DNA of 63,723 nucleotides from Sarea resinae. Its lineage: Eukaryota. A program made the translations under genes and the position numbers. The stretch spans positions 62,001-125,723 of the forward strand of contig JAPEUD010000070.1 of NCBI GenBank assembly GCA_026026165.1, given 5' to 3'. Below are positions 1 through 12,073 of this stretch, piece after piece. How positions within the stretch are numbered: position 1 is the stretch's first letter; each line of letters opens with the position of its first letter. The notes beneath the pieces are model-generated. The model ran no database searches. It was not told where the DNA came from and saw only the letters and a list, made by a program, of their open reading frames with translations.

Positions 1-3000
1 GGCAAGTAAGACGGGCCATCAGCCAAAGAATAGAAGAGGAAGCGCAGAATAGGTTCCCGGTGCTCTCCGCCGCACGCAGACCGTGCAGATGCTGGAGGGC
101 TATTTTTGCGATACGTCGCCGTGCCATCTCACTGGCCCGCCCCCGCTGCCCACCCCCCCCGCTCCATGGTAATCGATCCATGCCGGCACCTACATCTGAT
201 GTCTCTGCAGGCCACACGCCGCACGCCCACACCACACCTGGCACTTAGGCTCAGTCCCCGGTCGTTGCAATCCTAAAAAAGGCACCAAATTGACCCTTTC
301 CGAGTGCGATCAGCAAAGGGCTACATCGCACATCGTACATCGTACATGGCACATCCGACATCGTGCCTCTCTGCCTTGCAGCAAGCGGGCCGATATCAAA
401 TGCTCGCGCGATAGTAGTGCTGCCGTGCTAGCCCGCTGCAACCTGATAAAGCAAGCGGTGGCTAGTGATGGTGCATGGACGTCTATGTCGTGTTCATGGC
501 CATGGTCGCAACCCTTTGCCATAGTGGACATCGGCAGCGATCATCCCTTCTCTAGCTTGGTCAATCATTCATTCCGTGCTGGTCAGATGGAAGGTCGACG
601 GTGAGAGAGCAAGCCATTCGGAGATAGAAGACCATTAGATGTCATTAGTACGAAGGGAAACGGTGGGGCATCATGGTACGATCGCTAGGGCATGATTCTT
701 GTTGAGGCACGACCGTCGTCAAGCTTGATAGGTGCGGCCTTGTATTTTCCCCAAATGAGGTCTTCTGGAGCAGATGAGGTGGTATGTGCTAGTAAAGATC
801 CCACTTCATCTGGAGAGACGAGCCAGGTACTGTACCCTACCCGACCCGACCAGCCACTTGCGGTAGGAAGCAATAGATCAATACACAACCCCATCATCGC
901 TTCGGCCGCGACGATACCAAAGACGTACGATTGCCCCGAACCAGGAGCAAATGGGCTGCCCAAGCTACAACGGAGATGCGCCAGCAGCTCGAGTGTGGGA
1001 GAAGCACAGGAAGTGAACAAGGGCTGCTGGTGAGGAAAGGAAAGGAAAGGCAGGACGAGGCGGTGGCAGAGGCCAGGGCCAGAGAGAGGGCAGGGCCTGA
1101 TGTGGCAGCGGTGAGCACTGAGTGGAGGGACAAGAGGACGATCGCCATGGGTGCTGATGAGGAGGGAGGGGTCGAGGACGAGTCTTGTTGATGGATGTCG
1201 TCGAATCGTGCATGTCGGCCATGTCCACTAACAGCGACCAACAGCAACTAGCCCGAGTAGCCTCTCGCTGACATTAGCGCAAAGCGGTGCGAGGCGGCAC
1301 GAAGCGACAACGACGGTTCACCGCGCACGGTTGGACAAGCAGCCTTGCGGCTACCGACTAGTCGTCTCAGGGGTCTCGGCCGTCCAGGAGCCACGACAGC
1401 CAATGCTTCGAGAAACGGACCTGTAAGGGACAGGGCCCCTGAGGGCCGTGGGCGAGAGGACCGGCATGATCTGGGGATCCTGCACATGGACTGGACGAGA
1501 ATCCCGGTCCATGATGAGATGAAGAGCATTCGTTACTCTACCCGTAGAGTGCTCTACAGTATTCGTGATGGCTCCCATCCAACCTTGCCCGACGAGGAAA
1601 TGGAACTGCATCGAGCCCCTGTTCCTCCATCCTGGTTGCTCGCAGCCTGCAGCCTGCAGCTTGCATCCATCGTATCGCATTGCAGATTGACGAACGGTCG
1701 GCCTCTCATCGGCCACTCATCTTGGCTCCCCCGGGCCAACCTATGAACCTCTGCTATGAGTAAACGTCGTAGACTACTCCGGAGGAAGTAGTACTTTACC
1801 CACTGTGGTAAGTCACCGTCCTGGATAGTTCGCTTGCTCGTTCGCTCCCCCGGCGGATGCCTTGCAGCTTCCCTATCGGCACCTTATTGCTCTCTTTCCC
1901 CTCCCCACCTCCACCGCGGAGCTAACCTTCTTGATGCCTGCTCCGTGCCACGGAACATGACCCAACCCCTCTCGACCTAAATAAAGAAGGTTAATTTACA
2001 ACACTTTCTAAGCGCCCAATGTGCCCTTGTGGCATCATTAACGGTCAAAGCTGGGCCAAGAATAGCTTCCTCGAGTCAAGTGCGAACAATAATCTCCATT
2101 CATGGCCTGAAGAGGATATTGCGTCAGAGCCTAATTAAGCAGGCAATGGGATCGATTAGGTCACCACGCGCGACCATCATGACCACCTTGGTGTTTGGCC
2201 GTACCCTAACCTTAGTTGCGGTACAACTCGGTCAAGTCGTCGCCGTATCGTTCAAGGTGTCCGACCTGCCAGCGATGACTGGTGGGCCCCATCCGACCCG
2301 TCCATTTCTCGCGACAGAGTAAATATTCCGGATTTATGGATATAACAGAAGGATCACGCGGCCTTGGAGCACGGAAAGGGGAAAGCGTGCGCTCGCACCT
2401 GACCGCAGGTCCTCGCTGCGCTGTCGAATTGGGTCAAAATTCGCGAATTTCTCTTTTATCTCCCCCGCCCGGTAGAAGTAGTGGTGGTGGTGATGGTGGT
2501 GGCAGTAGTACCCTCGGTAGGGCTGCGGTGTGGCCGAGCTTTTCCGCTAGATCAAGGCGGATACTGCGGAATTGTGGGTGATTTGATGGCTCGCAAATGA
2601 TCAATTCAATTTCTTGCTTTTCTCTGACACGGTCCTCCACCATGATGCCATGGCCTCAGATCGCAAAGACCCACCCCAGGCGATAGCGGAGGCAATGGAT
2701 CTCGGCGTTCGCAGATGGATGGAGGCGGCCGTGAGTACTCGTACCTTACCCCGTAGCTGCTCTCTTACGTACGGACACGGTTGTCCAGAGGACGGTGGAG
2801 TGGACTACGTACAGTCTCCCTGGAAGATCTCCCGGATATGCAATGTTGATTCTCAATCTGGCCTCCCTGCGAATCTAAGCAATCTAAGGTACTTCGTACG
2901 TGGTAGGGTCGGTAAGCGACATATCACTCTCAGGGCTTCTCCTTCCATATCAGTACACTCCATGCTCGGTGGCCCCCGGAGATGATTTGCCATCGAGCAT

Positions 3001-4292
3001 CGGCCATCACAGAATAAAGGCTTTTGTTGTAGGTTAGATCAGCCCAGAGAAGATCCATCGAGATTACGAGTACATTCCAGTTAGTAGTATTAGGCCGATT
3101 CGTGCCGTCACGTCACGAGGCTGCTATGCGACAAGATTGCCTCGGCTTGAGGGGCCAGATGGGTGAGCTTGGTTGAGCGTTGTTGACCGGGTGATGTTGT
3201 TCGCTCCGCCTGTTGAAAGATGTCAACCGTTGAGCTCCAATCCTTCGCTCCGCGCCATCGCAAGCAGATGCAGCGGACCGTACAGCATGAACACCTCTGA
3301 GCTAGGACCTCATTGCCATCGTCCATACAGCTGTGTAGCATTGAGTCGTGTATGAGAACCAGGATTGAGCTCGCATGAGCTCCAAGTCAGGTGAGCTCTG
3401 GAGGGTTGGTCTGAGACGTGTGGTTGGCTCAAGCCCGGAACATCGAGCATCACCAAACGGTATTGAAATGTTGATGCCCGACTATCGAAGCTCGGATCGT
3501 GCATGTCTCAAAGATCCAATACCTTGCATCGTTCCTTAGCCACCAAGCGACTGCACTGGATTACGGGAAAATTCCAGCCAGTTTTCAACCCAGCGAGACT
3601 TCTTCACCGACCACCAGCCGCATCAAAGACAATCTATGAGGTGCCCGACAATTCCAGGCCGTCTCGATAGAATGACTTCTCTTACCCAAGGCTTCTCCAT
3701 CGTGATACGTCGCACTGTGAGAACCGGTGGTACGAACGAGCGAAGATGCCGGTGTTTTTAGAACCTGGCCATGTGGATGTCGTGCTGCCAATGCGCAGAT
3801 GGTGGAGACTTAGATTGTCACTCCAGGAAAGGCACATCTACGTCCATGCGGAATAGATCCATGGCCGGGAGTCACGTTGCTGAGGACAGCTTCCCGGGTC
3901 TGTCTGTGTAAAGGCCAAGGATCATGCGATGGCAGACAGGGTCAATGCAAATTACAAGTCGAGGATTTATATCGAAAATCAAAACGAGCCGCCTTGTCGG
4001 TTTTCGTGGCTTCCGAGGCGGTAATAAATGGAGTTTTCGGAATTCATTTCTTTGTGCGAGGCTGCTACTGCAACTAATTACGAAACAAAGTGATGGGGAT
4101 AGAGAAGCGGTCTGCCTCATAGTCCCGACGAGGAAATGTGAGGTGTGGTGAACATGTTGGCGGGAACTGTGAGAGGGCTTTTGGAAAAAGGTAGGGCACT
4201 TGGCGATCAGCTTCGTAACAGTCGTCGCAAGGAAGAGAGGCGAAAGCTTCCATGTGTGCGACGGGACGAGAGTGCGACACATTAGAGCGAAG

Positions 4293-4337
4293 CGATAGAC
4301 ACGATAGACAGGATAGACAGGATAGACAGTGATAGAC
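4293..4337. repeat. (GATAGACAG)-like 9-mer tandem repeat, 5 units
   Basis: gatagacac gatagacag gatagacag gatagacagt gatagac. Confidence 0.85.
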
Positions 4338-5717
4338 GGGAGGGACCAGGCATCGTTGGCAACGTCCTTTCAACGTTCGTGCCCTCATGGCTGAGGAGGT
4401 GTAGCGACTCTAGCGACTTAGCGCGACTCGGGCGCCGAAGAGAAGCCTCCACTTGGAAGATCAACGCCAGTGCTACGACGTAGTAGATTGCTACTAACTG
4501 TCGACTACGGCTCAGGCAGGAAAGGCCAACGGGGGGGAAAGGGCGGCAGCGGACCGGAAGGGAAGGACACGGCAAGATATCGACATGGCAGGGAAGCTAA
4601 ATTAGATTGGATTCTTCGCCCAAGTGCGCAGTGCTCAGAGTACGGAGTATTAGGTTCGTATCTGTACTTGGTTTGTACCACTGTTAAAGCGATGAATTAG
4701 TGAAAATAGTGGGATTTACTACGGAGCACTCAAGTAGGTCAGTGGCATCACTTGGCTGATTCGCGAGGAGCAGGATCACGAACCCTGCCGGCCGCGACGG
4801 CCAGTGCGAACAGAGACGTGCGTGACCGTGGCTGACATGACGAGCGGGGCAGACGAAAGAGACGAAGAATCACCCTTCTCGGATGCGACAAGGCGGCTTA
4901 ATGACGACTAAATGACTCGATGCGTGCCGTGTTGCTATTAACAGAAGGTCGGAATAGCCGCATAAGATGGTGGAATTGCCCTTTGCAGCCGGCGCACCCA
5001 TCAATGATGGCACGAGGATCCATGATCCCTCGATGGCCCCATGGACATGGGTGTTAATTGCTGAATTCCCGCGAATTAGGGCTTCAACCACTCATCGTCA
5101 GGGCCGCACCCGAACCCTCTCTTCCACGCCGGCCCTGGCCCCTCCGCCAGCATGCCGCTACGACGGTTCGAGACATCTCAGCGCTTGCATCAAGGCCGGT
5201 CTGGCTGTTGGCCCCCAGGATTGGCCGACGCCGGCCAACATCGCACATCTCCTGCACATCTCGAACTGCATTCGACGACTCAGGTGAAGGCTTCGATCCA
5301 ACCAACTGCCATGCACGGACGATGCTATCCCCGTATCCTCGCTCTATCACACTGCCTCCTGCAAGAGACGGCCGCTGGAGAGGAGACCTCGACGCTCGCA
5401 TCACTTTTGCACGGCGCCATGTATGCGCGCGCGCACGATTGGGCCATGTCCGCCATGTCTGGCCCCCCGCCACCCACCCACAATCGCTCTCACACCCCCC
5501 ATGTACGTAGTCTCCCATCGTGAGCGGCTTTCTACATATAATCGTCGAGGGAGCCCGAGGCCCAAAGGGCTCCTGTTATTGTTGTGACTGTTCTCATCTA
5601 TTTTGCGACGCAGGCTGTCCATCACTAATTCCTGACCCTCGAGTCAGGTGGACGAGAATCAACACTCCTCTCACTTATTAGTGTTCTGCTTTCTCAAAGG
5701 CAGACATCATTGGGATT

Positions 5718-8112
5718 ATGGTAAGCCACCTCTCGTCTCGCTGGACTGTTGTGGCAGCTTGTCTTTCTGAGCTTACCGGCTGCAGGATATCTCACAGCTA
5801 TCTCCGCTTGAGGCGGAATTAGAGATGTATCAGAAGGGTAGTAGCCGGTCCTTCCTCAGTGTGCATGCGCAGGCGCCTCGCCCACTATCAGAAGCCACCG
5901 AGTTCTACGACACCGACTTCGAAGATGACTTCAGTGATACGGAGAATACGCATTCCTCTGGCAATTCAAGAAGGAGCGATAGATCTGTGAGTATTCCTAG
6001 AACATCAAGACGTGCATCAGACTCTAATTAAGCTGGACCTAGTCGGACCGAAAAAGTGATACAACAATCTCGACCTATGATGAGGTTCCAACGCCAGGAT
6101 CGAATCATCTCAGCGTCCATTTCGATGACGCCAAATCGGTCGAAGGCCCAAAAGGACCTCACCTGTTTCGGATGTCCGATGAGCAGTCCGAGGTCATCTT
6201 CCTCGACATGTCCATGGCCTTGACGCCGTTGGCAGCTGCCCAGGAGTCGAAACTGCCATCACCATCGGAGGCTGCCAGATGGTCAGGACGGCCTTCACCA
6301 CAAGCACCTTCTCCTCGGACTCCACTGTCTGCAAGGAGGATATCTGCCCCGTCCTGTCCGAGCCCACGCATGTTCACCGAGGGACGTCGTTTCACTCTGC
6401 CTCCAAACCCCGCCGCACCGCTAGGCAATCTGGGCGTACAGGACTGGTCGCCCCAGCAGGTTGCCTCATGGATGTACTCATTGGGCTTCGAAGGAGATGT
6501 TGTCGAGAAATTTGAGATCAACGACATCTCTGGTGCTGTGCTGGTCGATCTCCATTTCGAGGATCTCAAGGAGCTTGACATCCAGTCTTTTGGCAAACGG
6601 CACCGGGTTATGAATGAGATCAACAACCTCCGCGACAACGCGAGGCTGAATTCAATAGGTGCGGCGCCTGTTTCTCACGAACCTATTGAGCCCCCAGGCT
6701 CTAGCATGCGTCGAGGCACTCCGGCCGGTCACTCCCATCAGGGAAGTTGCGAATCCCCTATCGAGGAGCCGGCTGGCCCCATTCAGAACTCTCCACCACG
6801 ACGGAGGCGAGTACAAAACCCAAGCATGAATGATATTATCTCACCAGCCGAGTCCGTTTCTATTGTCGCCATCGAACAACTTCTACCTAAAATCCACAAG
6901 TGCTCGAAAGGAGAGAATTGCTCCAAATGGAGAAGGCAACAGAGACAATTCGCCAAGATCAGCGAAGAGATTGGTCAAGATAATTTCAATCATATCATCG
7001 TCAAGAATCGACAGAGCAGTCCAATCGCGGAAGAAGTCAGCGCTGATCGGAGCACGTTCCGGCCTACATCCGAGGCTCAGCCATCGATCGTTGCTTCCTC
7101 TGATGTGTTCGGGCCTGGACAATATCCAGAGTTCCGACTGGAAGAGGAGCAGCTTCGGGTCATCGAATCTCGAGATCCCCAGGAGAATGTGCAACAGTTC
7201 CTCAACTTCCAGCTCATGCACCGCGATATCGAGGAACCTCCAACTCCGCCATTGGAAATGTTTCCACCACTACATCCTCCCAAGACATCTGCTCCTGAAA
7301 GTCTGAAGAGTCTTCCAAAGTTGGCCATTCCTCGGTCGTCCAGTGCCAACGAGATCTCATCGCGGCGTGTCGCTCCTGACGTGCCTCCACGACCGACTTC
7401 GAGGATAGCGAGCCCTCCGGCTGTCTACCGACATGGGACTCCATGCTCTGAGATGGACGTGCCAGTCACGGCTGTACAGCTTGGACCTATTGCTCGCGAC
7501 GCGTCTCAATCCGTGCCTCCAAACATGCAGTACCGCATTCGTGACCCGGTAGCGAGAGGAGGGTCACGAAACGAGGTTCGCCGGCCTAGCTTTGCCATGG
7601 AGAGAGTGGATGAGCATACAGTCCTCGGTGCAGTCGACGATCTGCCCGATTCGCCGCCAAGTACGCAAGATTCCGGCTACGCGGGATGGATGAAGAAGCG
7701 AAAGACCAAATTTCTCCGTCACGAGTGGCATGACAATTACTTTACCCTCAAGGACACCAAACTTTCAATGCACAAGGATAACAGGGCTATCGACGAGCTC
7801 GACCACATTGACGTTGACAACTATGCTATCGCCTGCTCGTCACTCGAATCGAACAAGCTCAATGCCGCCTTCAAGTCTCTGAAGATTGCTGCCGGCAAGA
7901 AGAAGGCGGGTGATCCTGGTGCCTTTGCGTTCCAGCTGATCCCGTCCATCGAGAAGAAGGGCTTCAAGGCTGCCGCCACCGGCAAGACGCATCACTTTGC
8001 GGTCAAGACGCGCGATGAGCGCATTGACTGGATGCGCGAACTCATGCTGGCCAAAGCTTTGAAGCAGAAGGATGACGGCTACGAGATAAATGTCAACGGG
8101 AATGCGATATGA
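5718..8112 (+). CDS. SAM- and PH-domain scaffold protein (Boi1/Boi2-related, no SH3 seen); join(5718..5720,5786..5986,6043..8112)
   Basis: SAM motif WSPQQVASWM..FEINDISGAVLVDLHFEDLKELDIQSFGKR; C-terminal PH domain GWMKKRK..HHFAVKTRDERIDWMRELMLA. Two GT..AG introns join the upstream exons in frame. Confidence 0.88.
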
Positions 8113-9233
8113 TCTGGGACGGTGGGGCTGGTTCCTTTTGTAGGCGTCGCTCTTTTGATGTTTCTGCTTCTTGCTTCCTGCATATACGCCAGTCTAGTTT
8201 TCGGTTTCTTTGCGGCAGATTTTTGTATACCCCTCTTGGCTTCATTATTCCTATACCCAGGGTTGACCATGGTTCTGGATATTTGGCATTTCTTCTTTCA
8301 TTCATCTTTCTCTTCGTCCAGTGTTGTGGAGACCAGCGAGCAAGCAAGCCGCACGCCGCGAGAGCCATCATATTCATGCATCTTCTATCGGGGGTCATCT
8401 GATGAAATACCGAAGAAACCTCCACTGCGAAAAGCTCGTAAGATTTCCCCAACCTCGCGGTTGACCATTGTTTGTTTCTTCGTCTCTACTCTTCTCTTCA
8501 CTTCTCTTCGTTCTACGAAACTCCTGCCGAAGACCCCAAAAGACCATGCAAGATTTCTTCTTCCTCTTTCGGTCGTTGTTCCGTCTGCCTCTCTCACTAA
8601 GGAGGATCGGGCTAGCTGGCGCTGAGGGCAAGTAGCTACTTAATGACGTCCACGACCCATCTGTGTGCTTTCTCGCGATGATGCTCTATCTATGAGGATG
8701 ATGGACTGGATTGACTGAATTGACTGGACTGACTGAACTAACTGAAATTGACGGAAGATGGTAAAAAGAGTAATAAGCGGAGTGGAGGCGTACTCCGAGT
8801 ACAGTACCACGTAGAGTATGCATAAATAGATTTCGGGTCGCCTTAGGCAAGGTACAAGTACGACGTGACAGGCACTTCCATTCCAATTATAGCCGGCCAC
8901 TGACAACGTGCATCGGCCAGTACTCCGTAGTATTATTATGGGACTGTTGATGGGACCCCGGCGCTTACAGCAGAGGGCACCCCGAGAGGGCGCCGCCTAC
9001 CACGCCCACCACGCCCACCACGCTGCCCTGCCCACGCTGCTTTGTCCGACTATCCAACATCGCGGGGCATCTTCTCATCTCCTATCTCTCCACCTACCCA
9101 CCAACCCACCTACCCGCCTACCCGCCTACCTACCTGCCCACCTGCCTACGATACCGACAGATTCAGCTTCACCCTTGTCGTCCTGGATCTACTGCATGAA
9201 CTTTGAATCGTTCCTCCTCGCTGCGCCCCCATC

Positions 9234-10569
9234 ATGACGCAAGATCCAGCCCTGGTGTTCGACGCAAACAACGGCGCCCCTGAGGCCACCGCCGGCGAAA
9301 GTGGCAGCCCGCAGCCTCTTTCTCCCGTCGACCCCGCCACCGCTCTGGCCCGGTTCGAATTCGAGCCCGGACGAGGCAACGAGGGCACCAAGATCCTGAT
9401 GGTCGAATGGCAGGAGGACCAAGCCGGCGTCGAGGCCCGCGGCGACTGGCACGTCTCGTGGGAAGAGAAGAATACGGTCCTGCCGGCCAAGGACCAGACC
9501 AAGGAAGACACGCACCGGCTGTACTTCCTCCTGCCGCCGGGCGTGTCGGTGCCGCCGAATATCCTGCTGACTCGCTCTTCGGCGCACGGCTCGGACGGGC
9601 CGGAGGCGAAACAGCCTGCCCTCAAGGTGAATCCGCTACCAGCCATCTTCCCGCCAGAGCTGGGTGCGTCGGCCCGTGCCGCCGGGAAGAAGGGCGTGCT
9701 GCATACGAGATGGGCGAAGCAGCGCCTGGCCGTCTTGCAGAGCGAGATTGATGAGGAGTTGCAGAATAATATCGAGGGCATCGGTTTGGAGATGGCATTA
9801 CAGGAGAAGGACTGGATCGAGGAGAATTTCGGTGTCACGGCCCGGCCCAGTCTTGTCACCCTCCCGTCTAGTCCGATAGGAACAATGACATATCCGAACA
9901 GCCCCTCGGAGCCGCTGAGCCCGAGGACACCAGGCGGAGGCAGGCTGATGGAGAAACTAAAGGGGCTGAGAATCGGCACGAGCGAGAAGGAGCTGGTTGG
10001 AAAGTCCGGTGAGTAATGCTGAGTGTCATCATACAAGCTATCTACTAACACATGGTCGACCAGACGCGCAGATTTCCACCCTCGCAGTGGGGTCGCCGGA
10101 CCCCGCACTCCCCTCGGTAGACCCCCTCGAATCCAATCCTCTCTCCCCCGAACAATCCGACGTGGCCATTTCCTCTTTTGCGTCCTTTCACGGCAACGAG
10201 CCACGGCGCTCCATGGCGCCAGCATCTCTGGTCGAGCCACCTGCTGTCCAGGCACAACCTACCCAGGCCCAACCCACTCCTCAACAGCCCCGCCGGTTCC
10301 AAGCCGCGGCCCCAGATTCAATCCCAAGTCCTCACCACCACCCAGACCGGCACCAGACAAACTCGCTCGCGTCTATCCTGGCGGGCGATCCCACCGAGCC
10401 CTCGGTCCCTGCCTTCAAACCTACGCATGAGACCCATCCGTCGGAGGCAAGGGACCACGAGGACGAGCTCTTTGCCAAGGCGATCAGCCCGCGCAGTCCC
10501 GAGATGACGAAGAGTCCCTTTTCATTTGATACGAGAGAGACGGTGCCGTGGTTACGGGGTGAGCAGTAG
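9234..10569 (+). CDS. Fungal hypothetical protein, Pro/Ser-rich C-terminus; join(9234..10008,10064..10569)
   Basis: GC3-biased ORF; intron gtgagt..ctaac..cag joins ORFs 9234 and 9997 in frame (phase 1). Motifs ARFEFEPGRGNEGTKILMVEW and LFAKAISPRSPEM. Confidence 0.8.
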
Positions 10570-11269
10570 TGCTGTCCGCATGGATCCCTAGAAGGCAAAT
10601 GCAAAAGGCGAGGGTCAGTCACAAGGGCGGGACCAGATGGGCATCGCGGGCCAAGACTCCCAGAGATACGGTGTGTAAAGGGAAGGATGTGAAAGGGGAG
10701 ACATCCGGAGACTCTGTTCATCTAGGTGGTCCAATTAAGGTCCCCTCTCCCCTGGGGAATTTCTATTGAAGGGCTAAGAAGTTTTCTTGGGATCCTCGCC
10801 AGAGAAACTCTCTGGAAGCCCTTTTTGAACGAGGCTGGATGAAGAAGGCCCCCCCGTAGCCTTCTTCTTTGGCTTCGACGTTCGTTTTTTCCATTACCAC
10901 TGTTCCCCCAACAACAACCCATCCCAAGTCATCAAGCCTAGGCTAAGTCCAGCCGCCATCTTGGCTCGCCATCACTCTCGAACTCTCTCTTTTCTCTTCC
11001 TAAACTTCAATCCCGCCACACGCCTCGGGCTCCCTCCCTGGAGTTCGGCCTCGCGCGCTCCAACGCAATTGCGTGCCCCACAAAAACAAACGAAAAAAGA
11101 CAAAGAGATCGTCCCGATGTCTCCCCCCGGCTCCCCCCTTCCCCATCCCCATCTCCTGTCCCTACTACACCCGAACACCAGGCCGCCGAATCATCTGGTC
11201 CAGCAACCCACTCGTCTCGAGCAGATCTCATCGTCTCGTCCCACCAAGCCACCCACTTCGGTCGACCTC

Positions 11270-12073
11270 TCCTCCATCGTAAAGAAAATATGCCCTTACT
11301 GCCTCTTTCTGGCCGAGGATTACCCCTGCTTTCGGAATATCGACATTTGGCGGGCTTGCCGCCCCCTTCTTCCATCTCTTTTCTAAAGCCCTTAGAGGCT
11401 TCTTCAACTTGGGCGCCTTGCGGGCTTTCGCCCAGCTGTAGGCCAGTCCGGCCCCTGCCTTGAACGCCTTACGTCAGCCCCACGCGAGACTGTAAGCAGC
11501 AAGCTGCAGAGCATCCCGGCCGTGTTCTCTGACGCCGAAAGGTGCAAAGACAAGGATGCCGATGCGGCGGCGTAGAGCATGCACGGCACCAGATATAGAG
11601 CGTTAAACACAAAAGGAAATACGAACTTACTATTTTCCTCGGATAGTCGCCTCTTTCAATTCCGTAGTCGTTGGTTTGAAGTGCCCTGTCTCCCAGATAT
11701 CTTCTAGTGCGCAGAGGAGCCAGCGAACACCGAAGAAAGGCGCCCAAAGGAGCCCCCCAAGCGCGGGCGAGGCGTTGGCTTCTCTCCAGCCGTAGGCCAG
11801 GACGGCCAGCACTACGTCGAGCTATAAATCCGCACATGTAAGTTTGTATCATATCACGCCCATATTTCTATCCTGCCAAAGAAGAAGGCTTACAGGAAAT
11901 AGGAGGACGTGGAGGAGGACGTGGAGGAGGAGTGATATAGGCCTCCGCCCAATCATGACATAGCAGAACCCTTCTAGGGCCAGTAGTGCCGCGAGGCACG
12001 CACCGAACGTGGTCAGCCAGCTGGTGATTGTTGCTGGCCCCGCTACTTTGATAACAAAAGTAACATTACCCAT
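11270..12073 (-). pseudogene. Orphan small membrane-protein gene or relic, copy A, with an internally repeated ~55-aa unit
   Basis: Exon 1 12073..11894 encodes exactly 60 hydrophobic aa. Intron 11893..11822 (gtaagc..cttac..tatag). Exon 2 LDVVLAVLAYGWREA..LCALEDIWETG; second unit LAYSWAKA..LRALEKRWKKG..KAGVILGQ near 11470-11290. Homologous to the copy at 14982-15430. Confidence 0.5.
11739..11893 (-). repeat. Left arm of a 155-bp inverted repeat (partner 15144..15298)
   Basis: Manual alignment: about 14 mismatches in 155 nt (~91%), mostly transitions; 7 mismatches in the outer 117 nt. Confidence 0.92.

Noticed and set aside
8698..8755. GACTG-rich repeats as another MITE
   Set aside because: No TIR pair or TSD; looks like a degenerate microsatellite.
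9146..10255. 369-aa minus-strand ORF (and similar long antisense ORFs over the GH18, COQ10 and 3-beta-HSD genes)
   Set aside because: Shadow frames of GC3-rich genes on the opposite strand; no recognisable motifs.
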